A DNA stretch of 64,000 nucleotides from Ylistrum balloti (GCF_031769215.1 NW_026781917.1:1860001-1924000); one strand, 5' to 3'; positions 50,462-63,447 are shown, counted from the stretch's first letter. Notes: generated from the letters alone by a model not told the origin. Program-made: numbers and translations.

Positions 50462-53400
50462 CTGAAAAAGACAAATGTTTATCATCAACATATGGTACAT
50501 GTTATGATTTAATACTGTTTGAAACTGTTTTTTCAATGAGGAAACTTTTGTGATAATGTCAACCTGAAAGTCTGAAATATAACCGAGACTGGGAAATGTA
50601 TTCTGTAACACCACAGCAGTCATTTTTAATTACAGAAAATGATTAATCAAATATTATTTTTGAATTTCTAACCTTGAACTATAATTTTCTGTGGTCTTTT
50701 TGTCAACCAAAGAAAAGTTTTATCAAAATCTTGAGTTGTGAAAATGTAAGGCAATTTCTGTTTTGACTTCATATGTATTCTGCTGTTCTCAAGTTCAAAT
50801 CACTGAAATTCATCTCCTGAGCATACAGCGATGGTGACAACATTTTATCTGTTTTATGAGTCATGACATGATGACACTTTGTTACAGATGCCAAAATGGT
50901 TTCCAATAAACTAACTTTTAACAAAACTTTGACAAAATGTACAGAATTACAAAGATTTATCAATTTTCTTGATAATACTGTGACACAAACAATATTAAAT
51001 CCAAAATAAAAACTAAACGAAAAATTCTGTGCCTATTTGAAATTAACTTTCTAGGTATAAAAAATTCAAAGAAGGGATCTGACAACATTCTAATCTACAG
51101 ACTAAGAAAATAATACAAGGGAGAAATTCATCATTCTCATGTGGTTGACTGTCCAGAACTTGTCTGGAAACATTATTCCAGTTATATCAAATGTTCCTCC
51201 TATCAATTTTCCTTTGACCCCCCATTATTTTGTCCCCGGCTTTCCCCTTATATTTTGAAATCAGTTTCTCAGGTAGGAAAAAAGACAATACAAATGTTAA
51301 ATAATTGATTTCTAGTGCAACTGATGTACTGGACTGGAGATCCACTTTCAAGGGAGATAATCATGCAGAGGAAGAAACTTCAAGAAATGAAGAATTTCTC
51401 TGGACCTTATAAAAAGTCACCATGACAAAAGGCACTTTTGACTGGTTCAAATCTGAATTTGGTACACAAAAAAATAAAACCTTGAATAAGTATTTCACCA
51501 TAAATGATTAGGATTGAAGAAAAAAAAGATTAAAGAAAAAAAATTCTTGTCGTACTATTTCAATATTTCCAAAGTTTTAATAATGCTGTAAATTCTTATA
51601 AGATCTCAATCTTTAAAGTTTTAGTCTAGAAAAGAGCAATTGATGAGGGGATAATATACGTGTTAATGCCAATGGATGAAGGATCATAATGTCTACATAA
51701 TTCCTCACATCTTATTACCCTGCCTGTAACAAGTACATTGAAGCTTAAATTAAAAAGGCTACCTGCAGTATAAACAGGACCTACACACACACCATACCTA
51801 CCTATTGGGTGACAGAGGCCTGAGATGCATGAAATGAATAAGTGGAATTGATCAATCACCAATACGCTTCAATAAGAAATTTATGTGTAATAAAAAATGG
51901 CGTTTGTTTGGGACCATACAAAGAGTCGTTTTTGTCTTCTCAACAAAACTTTGATGGATAACAGAACCCACTGTACCCACAGTTAAAAAAAAACAGAGAA
52001 TTTGACAACCAATGATAGATTCATAGCAATATGTCAAGATATGTTTTTAAACTTTTAAACCTAGTAACAGAAGGTGTCATATACAAAACAATGATATTTC
52101 AACTACACTTGTATTGGATTTGTTCCCCTCTGGCACAAAAGGCACAATACACATTGCTAAATATTCAGGCATTAAAACAGTTTCAAGGTTTAGATAAACA
52201 GTATTGATTAAAATAAAGGTTTTTAAGAGAAAATATTTAAAAATTGTTTTAATTATATGTTCAAACAAAATAAAGGATCTTTCAGATTTCCTCCCCTTAT
52301 GAACAAATAAATACATTTTAGGACAAAGTAAAGCATTTGGATGGATTTTGTTTTTCACAAATAACCAGAAAATGGTAGTTTCAATAATTGAGGTATAATT
52401 AAACGAAGGGAAGTAATCCAGTAGTTTCTCTTTAAATAGCCTCATTTTTTTTTACTAATCCAGTAGCCTCCCTTTAAAATGCATAGACTATAAGGCAATT
52501 CAAACTACTGATGTTTCACAATGGAAGTTAGCACAATCGAGGCTCACTACCTGTTCTGTCGTCTTCCTAGGACTACTGCTTGTAGGAGCGCCATCTACAA
52601 GATACAAAACAGTTGTTTGAGTGATACTAAACCACAACATCTCATGGTACTACTTGCTGGTAAACAATATATTATTGTCTTCTCAAATTGCCAATTTTTT
52701 TTTTTTTTTTTTGCAGGCAAATCATTTTAATGTTTGTTACCTCAGCTAATTAAACCCTTGAGGAAAATCAACTTTTTGAGTTTATTATCAAATCGGGTAA
52801 AAGAGAATGAAACAAATGGTAATTTCTAACCAAAATATTTTTTAAGTTCTTTCAATAAACATGATATTTTTCTGAATTTTATCATAATAAGCATAATGAT
52901 TTTGCAGAACTTGAACATTTACAAATATACTCCATTTAAATCTATAAATCTATAATCTTGCTGCAAAAACCATGCATATATATATTTTGTTCAGACAAGC
53001 AAACCAACTCAAAATATTTCTAAAATACTTTATTTATAACATGCATATCATTCTTCATGAACTTTTCTTTGATAAGAAAAGAAGAAGAAACATTCTACTA
53101 AGGCATATATATCTTATGCTGTAAAGCTTTTAAACGATTCAAAAAGCATATGCATTTATGTAAAGGTCTCATTCACTTTAATGCCTAAAAGACACACCTG
53201 AACATGAATGATTATCCATGGACACTGAGCAGAGTTAAATCAAATAAGTATAATATATTATTTATTTGAAAATTTATAGAACACAACAGGTTTCATCATT
53301 CAGAAATACTTGAGACTAAAAAGCAATGTCAAATTTAAAGTTTTTGGATGTTTGTTATCATTTATTTACTACCAATGTAACAATGTAAAATAAAATAAAA

Positions 53401-56400
53401 TATCATCCATCTTTCAACAAAAAGATAAAAAAAATGTTGTGATGAAATCAATGAACATTTTAATATTTTCCATGCCAGGGTGGTTAAATATATAACCCAT
53501 CATTAGTATGTTAATTAACACTACTTTGTTCTTAACTTTAAAGATGTTTTATCAAAGTATATATGACTAGGTATTTTCTGAGGTGAAGTTTCAGACTCAT
53601 CTACCACAGAGTTCTTATTGGTACAAGTATAATTTTTTTTGAAGACATGGAGAAACTGTGATATTTATTGTTTTGAATCCAAGATATATATATAAAGAGA
53701 GAGAATACAAAGCCAATTGTTAGTATGCAGACAAAGGTGACAGAATTAGTTCCCCTGGTCTATGGTTATAGCAAGAGTTAGTTCCCCTGACTGTGACATA
53801 ACTTGGGAAATCGCAGTATCTACCAGTTATTGGTTTGACTTAATGCTATGATTAATCTTAACAAATATTTCTATCCTTAAAGATAAATTCTCAAATTATT
53901 TTTTTAAATGCTGAAAATAATCAAATTAAGATTTAACAAATGATAATTAAAATGAAATATTTTCAGAGACAGAAAACATTTTTAATATTAGTAAAGTTGA
54001 CCTGACACCTTTGTGCAGTTATAAATATATATATACATCATCAAAACCACCATTCAAAATAATTGTGATAAGGAATACTTTCTCATGTTAATGTGTATAC
54101 TAGATGTGCACAATGACCCCAAAAACATGTAAAGCCCAAAGCCGCAATATTAATGATGAATGTCCTGACTACCTAAACAGTAGATTCAAAAGAAGTGGGA
54201 TTTACGGCAGAGGGCTTCGATCTTCTGCGATAGTATGAGCGATGGGGGCTTTGTTTAGCTGAAATGCAACAAATATAAAAACAGACTTCAATGAAAAGGA
54301 GTGAAATCCGACAGCAGACAATGGACAGACCCATTTCATCACAGCAGCAGCTAAGGTCAGGAATTTCTCCATTTACTGAGACTTAATTCTATCATTTGTC
54401 TTTATCTTCAATACATAAAATTCAGTTTTGTTTCAAAATATCAAACTTTAAAATCTTGCTTCCTTTCTTCATAAGTTTATTAGTACTAGCAGAAATATTT
54501 CATTTTATTGTAAGAAACTCCTTAACTTTAGACCTTTAGGTGACCGAGATGAACTGGGTCCATATATCAAGGAAGGGATGCCACAAAGAGCTATAAATTG
54601 AAACAAGTTCATGACCCAAACCTCAAGGATGATGAAATAATCTGAAGCTGAGCAGATAAAAATTCTCAAGTGGAAAGTTTACCATTACGATCCCGCAATG
54701 AATCAATCCACAGGGAGAGACGGGCTGTGAAACACAGAAATTCAGGTGGGTGATAGTGTCACCAATTCACCAGGATTTTTCAGAATAATCTGATATTAGT
54801 CATATATAGATATGTTTACATCACAATGCTAGATTTACCCAATATTTCATAATTTTTTATCAGTTATTTCAAAATTCCAAAATCAATTTTCGACCCTAAT
54901 ATAGTCAAAATGATGTTGATACAAACATGTGAAACAATAAGTCTTTCATGACTCATCGGAACACTTTCTCACGCTTGGTCCTGACTATGACCAGATTACT
55001 AGGGATGGGCTTATTTCTAGATAGATGGTTAATTGCACTGGTTTAATTTTTTGAAGATACAACCAAATACGATTATAATGCAAAACTACCATCAAAAGAT
55101 GTCAGATTGTTTCATCATCCATGGTTCATATGATCCAACACAAAGTCAGGTGATACAAGTCGTCCAATCAGATAAGTTGTAACATATCACTCTCGGCTTA
55201 CCTTTGGTTAGGAGTTCTCAGTTTGTTGCCTTCACACAACAATAAAATTAATATGTAACTCAACATAAGCAAAACCAGAACAATTTATCAGGCCACTCAA
55301 CAAAACCATTTCACAAGATCATTATTAACAGATAACCATGGCAACAGAAAATCTAACATTCCGCAAAATAAGATATTAATAAAGTGCTTCTAAGATCAAA
55401 CACAAACCTGTGAGCACTACTATTTTGTTTAGCCGATCAAATGCTTTGTTTTAGATGTCTCAAATGTAACAAAAGTTTTGATTGCGGCTGAGTAAAACAT
55501 TCTGAGAAAATTTTTCATCTGATCTTGTGTTCTAATAACACTGCATTCTTGATTAAAGCAGAGGAATCTATTGAAGTCGTACAACACTTGTGAAATTCTT
55601 GCTAGCAGAGAGGGCTTTATTTTTCAGACATGATTTTATCAATTAAAGATTCCAATACATTCAGTTTTCACAACAAATTAACAGATTAGTAATTGCCCTT
55701 TAGTTATGCCAATATTTCCTGAACTTTCACAAGATAGCAATTTCCTTTCTTCAAATTTCATCTTTTTATTCAAATATTAATTAATAAATCAATTTCGCAA
55801 ATATTTGAATTTGAGTACACTGAAATTACTGACCTGTCCATTTAACTTTTCAATGACCTTTTGTTGTATTTTCATATTTACACATATTTTTGGACTTCAT
55901 GTCCTTTGAAAGACAGGTGATGCAATTTTGAAGATAATTCTTTCCTACTATGATGCATGAAGATGTCTTTTAAGCTTTGCAGACTTTTAACAGGAGGATA
56001 CAACACCAAACTGAGCTAGCACACCAAACATGCATTTCAGCCGAACTCTTCACCCAAAAATCAAAGCTGGAAATTTGGGTGGAATGACAGGAAGAAGTAG
56101 ACGAAAAAGATTTACCTGTGCTGATGAAAGAAATAAGACCAATGTTACCGGAACAGATCAGATAAGTACATACCTGTGCCGTTTGACAGGGGGCGAGGTA
56201 GGTCCTCTGTCTCAGGTGTGGCTGCAGTGATTGTGACAGGAGGAGGGGGCACAAACTCTGGTGGCCCCAGTCTATCATCCGGAGATGGTAACTTTAAAAA
56301 TAACATCATAATTCATGTAATGTATTTGAAAACAGAAAGGTGTCAGATGTATTGTTTTCCTGTCAACAATATAGTCTTAATCTTATAGTTATAATCTTAA

Positions 56401-59400
56401 AGCTGAACTAGTGAACAAGCTTTTTGAGAGATCTACGTTGAATTCCTAAAATGAAGTTTCTGAGCTTTTGTTGTTGTCAAGACAGACAGTGAATGGTCAC
56501 AAGGACTAAACTACATGATGCATGAGTTACTCACATCCTTAGGGCTGCTAAATAGGATTATAATGTGGATTCAAATGAAGGGGTTATATTACCAACAGTA
56601 AAACTATATGAAATAAATGGCTTTAGAAATCTATGCTGTGTAGATTAAAAGATATTAAAACTTCTTTTTTACTAACTGCTAGTCTAAAAATGTACAACTT
56701 GCACCATATTACTTACATTGTTTGTATCATTAATGCATGAATTAATTGTGAAACTGTTTTCCAATCCGTCTGAATTTTATGAAATTTAGTCCACAAAACA
56801 TCTTAAAGATCACAAGAGAAAACACAACTTTGAGTGTGTGATATGAGTTGTAAATTTTAAGACATCAAATTGATTTTAATTCATTACTGAAGACAAAATA
56901 TTGATACCACCTTGGCTGTAATGAATTTACAGTAAAGTAAAATGACACAAAAGATGGTATGCCATGCCTACCAGATTCAGGCCTCCTGAACTTGTGTCAA
57001 TTTCTTCTACAACCAGGGACGGAAATACCCCGACTTTGCCATTTATCTCCCCTTCCCAGAAGCCATCATCCACACCATTTTCATCTTTGCGTATAATATT
57101 TATCAATGTTCCTTCTGTGAATGATAATTCTTCATCCGTCATGGCTTCGTAGTCATATAATGCCCTTGCCCATACACCTTCTGTTACAAAGAAAAACAGT
57201 CTTATAGATACATTGAAAGTCACTATTCAAACAGTACTAAACTTATCACAGTTTTTTTCATTATTATTTTTTTCCCCTTTTTCTAAAAGTTTTCTCAAAT
57301 GTACTGAATGAGAAAATTTCCTTGAAAACTGATTTTTTGGGTAATCAAGTGATGACATACATCCAACAGTATAATGAAAACAATGGCTATTGAAATGAAA
57401 AATGTACATTAAAACTAATGTGTCCAAACAAATCAATTTCAACGCATTTAAGAAAAAAGAATATCCTAACTTGCAATACATTATCTTCTAACATTAATCT
57501 AGAATCTGATTTAACAACAGAATTTTCTTATAATTAAGAAATATTTGTAAAGATAGAAATGAACTTTCCAAAAATACTTCAAATAAATCTTTTTAAAGAA
57601 AAGACAGAGCTTTATCATAAATACATCACTTCAAACCAAGGATTAGCCAATGAACACACAGAATATTCACCTTCCGGAGCCACAGGTAGTTTATCAGGGG
57701 ACATTTGATTGGTTGTCATCTGGACCTCAATGTCACCTGAAGAATATGATGTCACTTCCTGTGTGGCATCATTGGCCGAGACCGGTGACTGTAGGTCAAA
57801 TGAATGGACAGGATGTATCTCTACACCCTCTGTATGTTCTGCTTGAGTTGTACTGTCAGCCTGATCAGAATGATCCATACCTCCATTTTCCAGAATCTCA
57901 ATGTAGTTCTGAGGAATGTAGCCGACCTTCCCATCAGAGTTACGTGCCCTTACCCATCCATCACCATCACCATCAGATATTATTTCTAAAATGTCATGTT
58001 CTTTCATATTCAACTCGTCTGCATTACTAGCCTGAAATATGTATCAATTACATTTATGAGAAATGAAAATAATTTGTTTTTAAAACACACAAAACTGATC
58101 TTTGAAACAGCAATCTTATGAATTAAGTCTTAAGATAAAATTTAACTAGGAAAATGATCAAATTTTTATCAGACATAAATCTACACTCATTATTCAATAT
58201 CTTTACCAACAGAATTCACCCTGGTTTGAAAATATCAGAAAACTAAGGAATGCTATAATATAAAGCAGTTACAGGTTGATTTACCTGGAAATCATAAATG
58301 GCTCTACACTTAACAGCCTTGGTTTGACTGCCATAAGAACTGATGCTGTCATGCTTGCTAACTTCAAAAGTGTCGTCAATAAAGTCGTCGTCATCATCAT
58401 AATGAGTATAGGTTGGCTCATGGTCATCGCTTTTCTGTTAAAAAATTTTAACAACTTTAGGCGACAGCTTTTTTCTTTAATACTCATCTTTTTTTAATCA
58501 TTTATTATCGTCTGGTTTAACTGTAAGTTTTATACAAAATCAGCTGAAAACAAAACAATTTTATCTCTGTGCTATTGATTACAACTGTTTCTACTGAATA
58601 CCTTGTGCATTTAAATTTTCAACTTATGTTTGATTGGTGGGGGTCATCACAACTATAGACCTCAGCCTAGGTTAGTACATGTTCTGTTAACCTGAAATGA
58701 AGGTAATAAATGTATTTTATACTCACTCCTCCTGAACTTTCTGTCCTTAATGAGATCTGACTTGGTGTTCGTGACATTTCTTCCTCTTCAACCCGTAAAC
58801 TTTCCGCCTGGGCACTAGCGATCCACTCGTCCACATTTACTGTAAAATGAAAACACATTCATTACTATCTTGCATATTAAGGTATTCTACTCACATTTTA
58901 CCCATATTATAAAATATATCTATACAAACATTTAAGAGAAGTCAATGTTGTACAAGATTAGAAAAAATTCATTCCAAATTCATTTTACAAGCCAGTTCAA
59001 CACACACAAGTATCCCTTCTCAAAGAGTTAAGAATTCTACAACACTAAACAAACCTACCATCTGCCTGCCTCAGAGCTTCTAATCTGGCTTCAGCTTTAC
59101 ATTTAGCAATCTGAAATAAATTAAATTTTCTGAGTAATCTGGACTTAAAGGCATTTGATCTTGCATATAATGGGACAATTATTAATTTCTAGTTTTAAGA
59201 GATCAAAGCAGCAATCTCTCCCATGTAGTTCACCAAAAAAACCTGGTTATCATTGAACATTAAAAAAATCATCAACAATCACTACTATATACAATGTTAA
59301 ATAATCACTAATTTTATTAAGTAGAGTTGTCTACAAGACAGGAATGCTCCCATACATTTTAGTACATTTGTTTGATGAATTTACAGAAGTTGTCAAATGA

Positions 59401-62400
59401 CCTTTGACCCTTTATTCTTGACAGATCACCGTGGACATGGGTCACACTAAAGGACCCCATCCTCCCAAAACAAGAGGCCCACAGGGCCTGTATGATTCAC
59501 CTGGATATTTAAGTAAATAATGCATAAAGCTACACTTATTTAGAAGGAAAACATTTCCTCTGATGAGCCTCAACCCACAGCTTCAAATTCCCTAGGGGTG
59601 GGGAGAGAAATCAGCTGTTAACCTCTTAATTCCCAGCAATGTTGTTGAGTTATGGGATGGCAGTCTCAATGGCTTCAAAGATATAATCTATCCTAAGGTG
59701 GGACCAGACCCTAGGTCAAATGATCTGTTATGATTGTGTTTACCTCCTGATGCTCAGAATGCTAGTTATTCAGTGGGGATCATAACTGTTTTAAAAAAGC
59801 AAAGATCCAATTGAATTGATGGTGCAAAGCAATGATACGAAAATGAACTAAATCTACCTGGGGTTAGATTTGGGCCCCACCCATCTGGCAACAGATGGCT
59901 GAAACCCATGCTTTATACAAGCATGCTTCAGACCAAATATAGACAATGTCCTGCAATTCCTGAAAAAGATATATTTAACAGGAGTTAATAGATTTTCCCT
60001 AATGGGCACTGCCCTCTAGCTCCGGGAGGCAGAGACCCACCATTTATACAAAACTGATTTCCCTTCATCTAAACATGCTTCAGATCAAATCTGGACAATA
60101 TCCTGCAATTCCTAAAGAACAAGATACATTTTTAAGAAACTGATAAATTTTCTCAATTGTGCCCCGACCCTCTGGCCCCAGGGGGAGCCAGACCAACCAT
60201 TTACACAAAATTGGTTCCTCTTTCCCCAAGGATGTTTCAAACTAAATTTGATTAAAATCTGCTCTGGCGTTCATGAATATTGGAATATACTGTAAAAGAA
60301 AAAATGAAAATAAAAACAACAGATGCCACAGTATCCCTATAGCTCACCTGGTTCTTCAAGCCAAAATGACTACCTGTATAAAATGTTCTGTGTTTAATGA
60401 CTACCTGGTATTTGTATGGAATGACCACAGGTATAAAGTGACCTGTGTATCATGACCACCCGCATGAAATAACAAGACAGTTCAATGCTTGGTTAAACAA
60501 TCTGTAGTAACTGTCCCCCTCTATTAATCCACTAGTGTTGTCAACTAGTCAAATAATATCTATTCATAACTTCAAAAATCAAGGTTGACAGAATGTTTTA
60601 AAGGGCCATCAATGAAAAAGACCTCATAATCAATTCTGTTGTAACTTCAAAAATCAAGGTTGATAGAATGTTTTAAAGGGCCATCAATGAAAAAGACTTC
60701 ATAATCAATTCTGTTGTAACTTCAAAAATCAAGGTTGATAGAATGTTTTAAAGGGCCATCAATGAAAAAGACCTTATAATCAATTCTGTTGTAACTTCAA
60801 AAATCAAGGGCGACAGAATGTTTTAAAGGGCCATCAATGAAAAAGACCTTATAATCAATTCTGTTGTAACTTCAAAAATCAAGGGCGACAGAATGTTTTA
60901 AAGGGCCATCAATGAAAAAGACCTTATAATCAATTCTGTTGTAAAGTCATCTTATCTGTGATCCAAAACTTGAACTTAAAACTTAAATACTGACCTCAAG
61001 TAGAGAAATATCAGTTAATTCTAGCATTTATCTCAATTTCAGCAGGTCATAATCTGTGTTATATCAGAGTGACCAGATCATATCTATTTAAATACCTGAG
61101 CTACGTTCTCAGTTATATCAAACATCAATCTTTGGAAATGTTTCTGAATTATTTAATCTTAATACACAATATTGTTACAACGGACCCTATACCCACATTA
61201 TGTGATTTTCAAGTGATTCAAACTACTCAGAACACTTTTTCTTACCTCAGATTTTCGCAGACAAAATCGTGTTTCCTCTATCCTCTGTTCAATTTCTTGT
61301 GAGGAATTAATGTCCATTCCTGAATCGGAGAGCTATAAAAATGGAGATAATAAAGACATGATATACTCTAATTGTTTAAATTTGGTGATTTTTTCTTTTG
61401 CCACTAGCTCAACCTCTCATGTCAAGGCTTTATGTACTTGCTTACATCCACAAATTAAGTTCACTTTCACCAGAAAATATCTCTTAAGACTCAAACTCTC
61501 CCGCTCCTATTCAAACCATAGCTACAAACTCATCTCACCATAGTTACAAACCCATATGGTTACAAAACACAGTCACCATGGCTACAAATCTGAAGACCCC
61601 AGAACTACACACTGAAGTCATCCTAAGTCACCTATAAACACTACTGTGTAATTCTGTGCTATAATCATCATACCTTGTCCCCTTGGGCCTGTTCCTGGAG
61701 TGATTTGAGGCTGGCTGTAAATTCCTTGATTGTCTTACTTTCCTTTGCAGCCTTGGTGGCCCACTTTCGTGCCTCTTTGTCCAGCTGTAACCCTGCATTG
61801 TGGTCCTTGGAAACTTTATTGCACTGAAAGACAAAATATGTTATACCTACAACCTGAAAACACATAAGATATCACAACATAAATGTACCATTTGACCTAA
61901 ATACCTGTAAATTACTGGTTTTATGCTGTAATAAATTCAAGGGAGGCTACCCCTAAATCTCTGACTCCAACTGGAGGAGTGGGCTTATTAAAGGACAGAA
62001 AGATTTTTTCCACATTTCTGAAGAACTGAAATACTTAAAAAGACTTTGGAGGACTATAGCAAGACATTGGCCGAACATCTGATAACTACAGAGGGGAAAG
62101 AAATCGTTGGGCTTGTTACAAGACTGATATATATGGTAGATGTTGAGATTTTAGTATATATTTAGAATTCCAACACATGAGCGGAACTTACCTCGTCGTT
62201 TTGGCAAGGTTCAAAATGATATTGTGTGAGGTCTGTAAAGACGTGATTACAATAGAGAAAACACTGGTGGTTAAACTGGCGGTCAATCTGAAATTAAATT
62301 ATCAATGAATTAGTACTGGTCAAGGTCTGTAAAGAAGTGGTCAATTTTTGTCAAAAGTAGCAAACTTTCCCTCAGAAAACACACATATAACGCAAGGCAA

Positions 62401-63447
62401 TTTGTTATAACTCTACTGTACTTATTAAACTGCTCTTGATAATATACACAAAAGGAATTTAAAATGTTTCCTTTGAGACCAAAGTTGTGCTTGGCTAGAT
62501 AGGTTTAGTTTCCAATATGGGTTCTCTTGATTTTTCTCTTGTCACTTTTTGTAACAAGAAAGTCTTAATCACTTGCTTTTTTCACAACAGAAGTTTGGAC
62601 ATAAGAAGCTACAGAATAAAAAATTCTAAAACAAATGTAAACAAGTGTTAGATTCCACACATACCATTTTTGCCTGAGAGACGATATTCTCACATGAACC
62701 CTTCTCTTGTGTACTGATCTCCAGACCAGTAGATCCTAGAACAGTGAAGTAATCCTTCACTCTTTCAAACATATCACCATCCAGAGTCTGTCAAACAAAC
62801 ACATTCTCAATTATCCTATACATCAACATCTAAATCCTGCCAACAACAATTTTAGTTTTCGGTCCTGAAATATGAACCCCTTCCCCCCCCAGTGGCAACA
62901 AAATTCTGAAGTGAGACATTAAAACTGTAGTGCATGTGCTAATTACACGCCTACTTTGTGAAACACTTATGTCTTCATTGTGATAACATTTTTTTTTCAC
63001 ATTTAAATGAAAGTCACAGTCAAGTCATATTTTCAAAGCTTTGGAACCACCAGAAAGGTCTTGTCACAAGGAACACAAATGCCAAATATGAAAGCTTTAT
63101 CTCTTATGTTGCAATAATTATAGTAAATGTTAAAATTTTTTCAAATTAGGTCAAAGGTCACAGTCAAGGTCACAAGGTGCAAATTTTGGTATCACTGGAA
63201 AGGTCTTGTCATCACAATCTTTCAATCTAGAGGCATAAAAACCCTTCTGAAATTTGCACATGCAGAGATAATGAAAGGATATTTACATTAATGGTTGCTA
63301 ATTTCATTCAAATTTTACCTTCATCAGTTCCGGTAGGTCGATGCTATAGTAACGTATTTGATGAGCATTTGCTGCAGACATATTAAGCACATATTCGTTA
63401 CGTGACTGACAAGATTTTGCCTCACACATGTCTCTTCGACTGTTTAG
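50240..63447 (-). CDS. FCHSD2: F-BAR and double SH3 domains protein (FCHSD2 / nervous wreck-like), 5'-truncated by the window; about 617 aa in window
   Basis: In-frame exon chain with F-BAR motifs [47 protein letters not shown]; SH3a [15 protein letters not shown]...[11 protein letters not shown]...GYIPQNY; SH3b [17 protein letters not shown]...[22 protein letters not shown]; Pro-rich tail. Confidence 0.93.
52551..52594 (-). CDS. FCHSD2: FCHSD exon linking the Pro-rich exon to terminal exon A
   Basis: tgttttgtatcttgtag|(D)[14 protein letters not shown]|GTAGTG; 44 nt; supplies the phase 1-to-0 change needed to reach exon 50461 in frame. Confidence 0.7.
54173..54258 (-). CDS. FCHSD2: FCHSD candidate alternative terminal exon B ending -ESTV*
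   Basis: tttgttgcatttcag|(A)[27 protein letters not shown]; phase 1 matches upstream donors; CpG-rich; minus-strand AATAAA at 53664-53669. Confidence 0.62.
54683..54724 (-). CDS. FCHSD2: FCHSD candidate 42-nt cassette exon
   Basis: tttctgtgtttcacag|(A)[14 protein letters not shown]|GTAAAC; frame-preserving phase 1-1; locally GC/CpG-rich. Confidence 0.6.
56174..56291 (-). CDS. FCHSD2: FCHSD exon (Pro-rich)
   Basis: ttaaag|[22 protein letters not shown]...SNGT G|GTATGT; 118 nt, phase 0-1. Confidence 0.88.
56972..57180 (-). CDS. FCHSD2: FCHSD exon (SH3b)
   Basis: taacag|(E)[10 protein letters not shown]...GGLNL|GTAGGC; 209 nt, phase 1-0. Confidence 0.94.
57671..58031 (-). CDS. FCHSD2: FCHSD exon (SH3a + linker)
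   Basis: tttcag|[11 protein letters not shown]...PVAPE G|GTGAAT; 361 nt, phase 0-1. Confidence 0.93.
58285..58434 (-). CDS. FCHSD2: FCHSD exon (acidic linker, start of SH3a)
   Basis: taacag|[18 protein letters not shown]...[10 protein letters not shown]|GTAAAT; 150 nt. Confidence 0.92.
58727..58839 (-). CDS. FCHSD2: FCHSD exon
   Basis: ttacag|(V)[10 protein letters not shown]...TESSGG|GTGAGT; 113 nt, phase 1-0. Confidence 0.9.
59059..59110 (-). CDS. FCHSD2: FCHSD exon (coiled coil)
   Basis: tttcag|[18 protein letters not shown]|GTAGGT; 52 nt, phase 0-1. Confidence 0.9.
59469..60373 (-). mobile_element. HINE/Helentron-type element with diverged internal satellite units
   Basis: AACAAGAGGCCCACAGGGCC at one end, AGCTCACCTGG hairpin remnant at the other; repeated CATGCTTCAGA...GACAAT.TCCTGCAATTCCT units. 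Confidence 0.6.
60567..60944. repeat. Minisatellite, 75-bp unit x5
   Basis: TAACTTCAAAAATCAAGG at 60567, 60642, 60717, 60792, 60867; stops in all minus-strand frames. Confidence 0.97.
61246..61332 (-). CDS. FCHSD2: FCHSD exon (coiled coil)
   Basis: ttatag|[29 protein letters not shown]|GTAAGA; 87 nt. Confidence 0.88.
61674..61823 (-). CDS. FCHSD2: FCHSD exon (coiled coil)
   Basis: tttcag|[24 protein letters not shown]...QGDK|GTATGA; 150 nt. Confidence 0.92.
62192..62287 (-). CDS. FCHSD2: FCHSD exon (F-BAR end)
   Basis: tttcag|[11 protein letters not shown]...[10 protein letters not shown]|GTAAGT; 96 nt. Confidence 0.9.
62665..62787 (-). CDS. FCHSD2: FCHSD exon (F-BAR)
   Basis: tgacag|[14 protein letters not shown]...SQAKM|GTATGT; 123 nt, phase 0-0. 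Confidence 0.9.
62980..63215. mobile_element. Helitron-associated satellite fragment (about 1.5 units)
   Basis: GGTCAAAGGTCACAGTCAAGGTCAC and GAAAGGTCTTGTCA motifs, each present twice. Confidence 0.5.
63319..63447 (-). CDS. FCHSD2: FCHSD exon (F-BAR)
   Basis: ttacag|[11 protein letters not shown]...DLPELMK|GTAAAA; 129 nt, phase 0-0. Confidence 0.92.
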
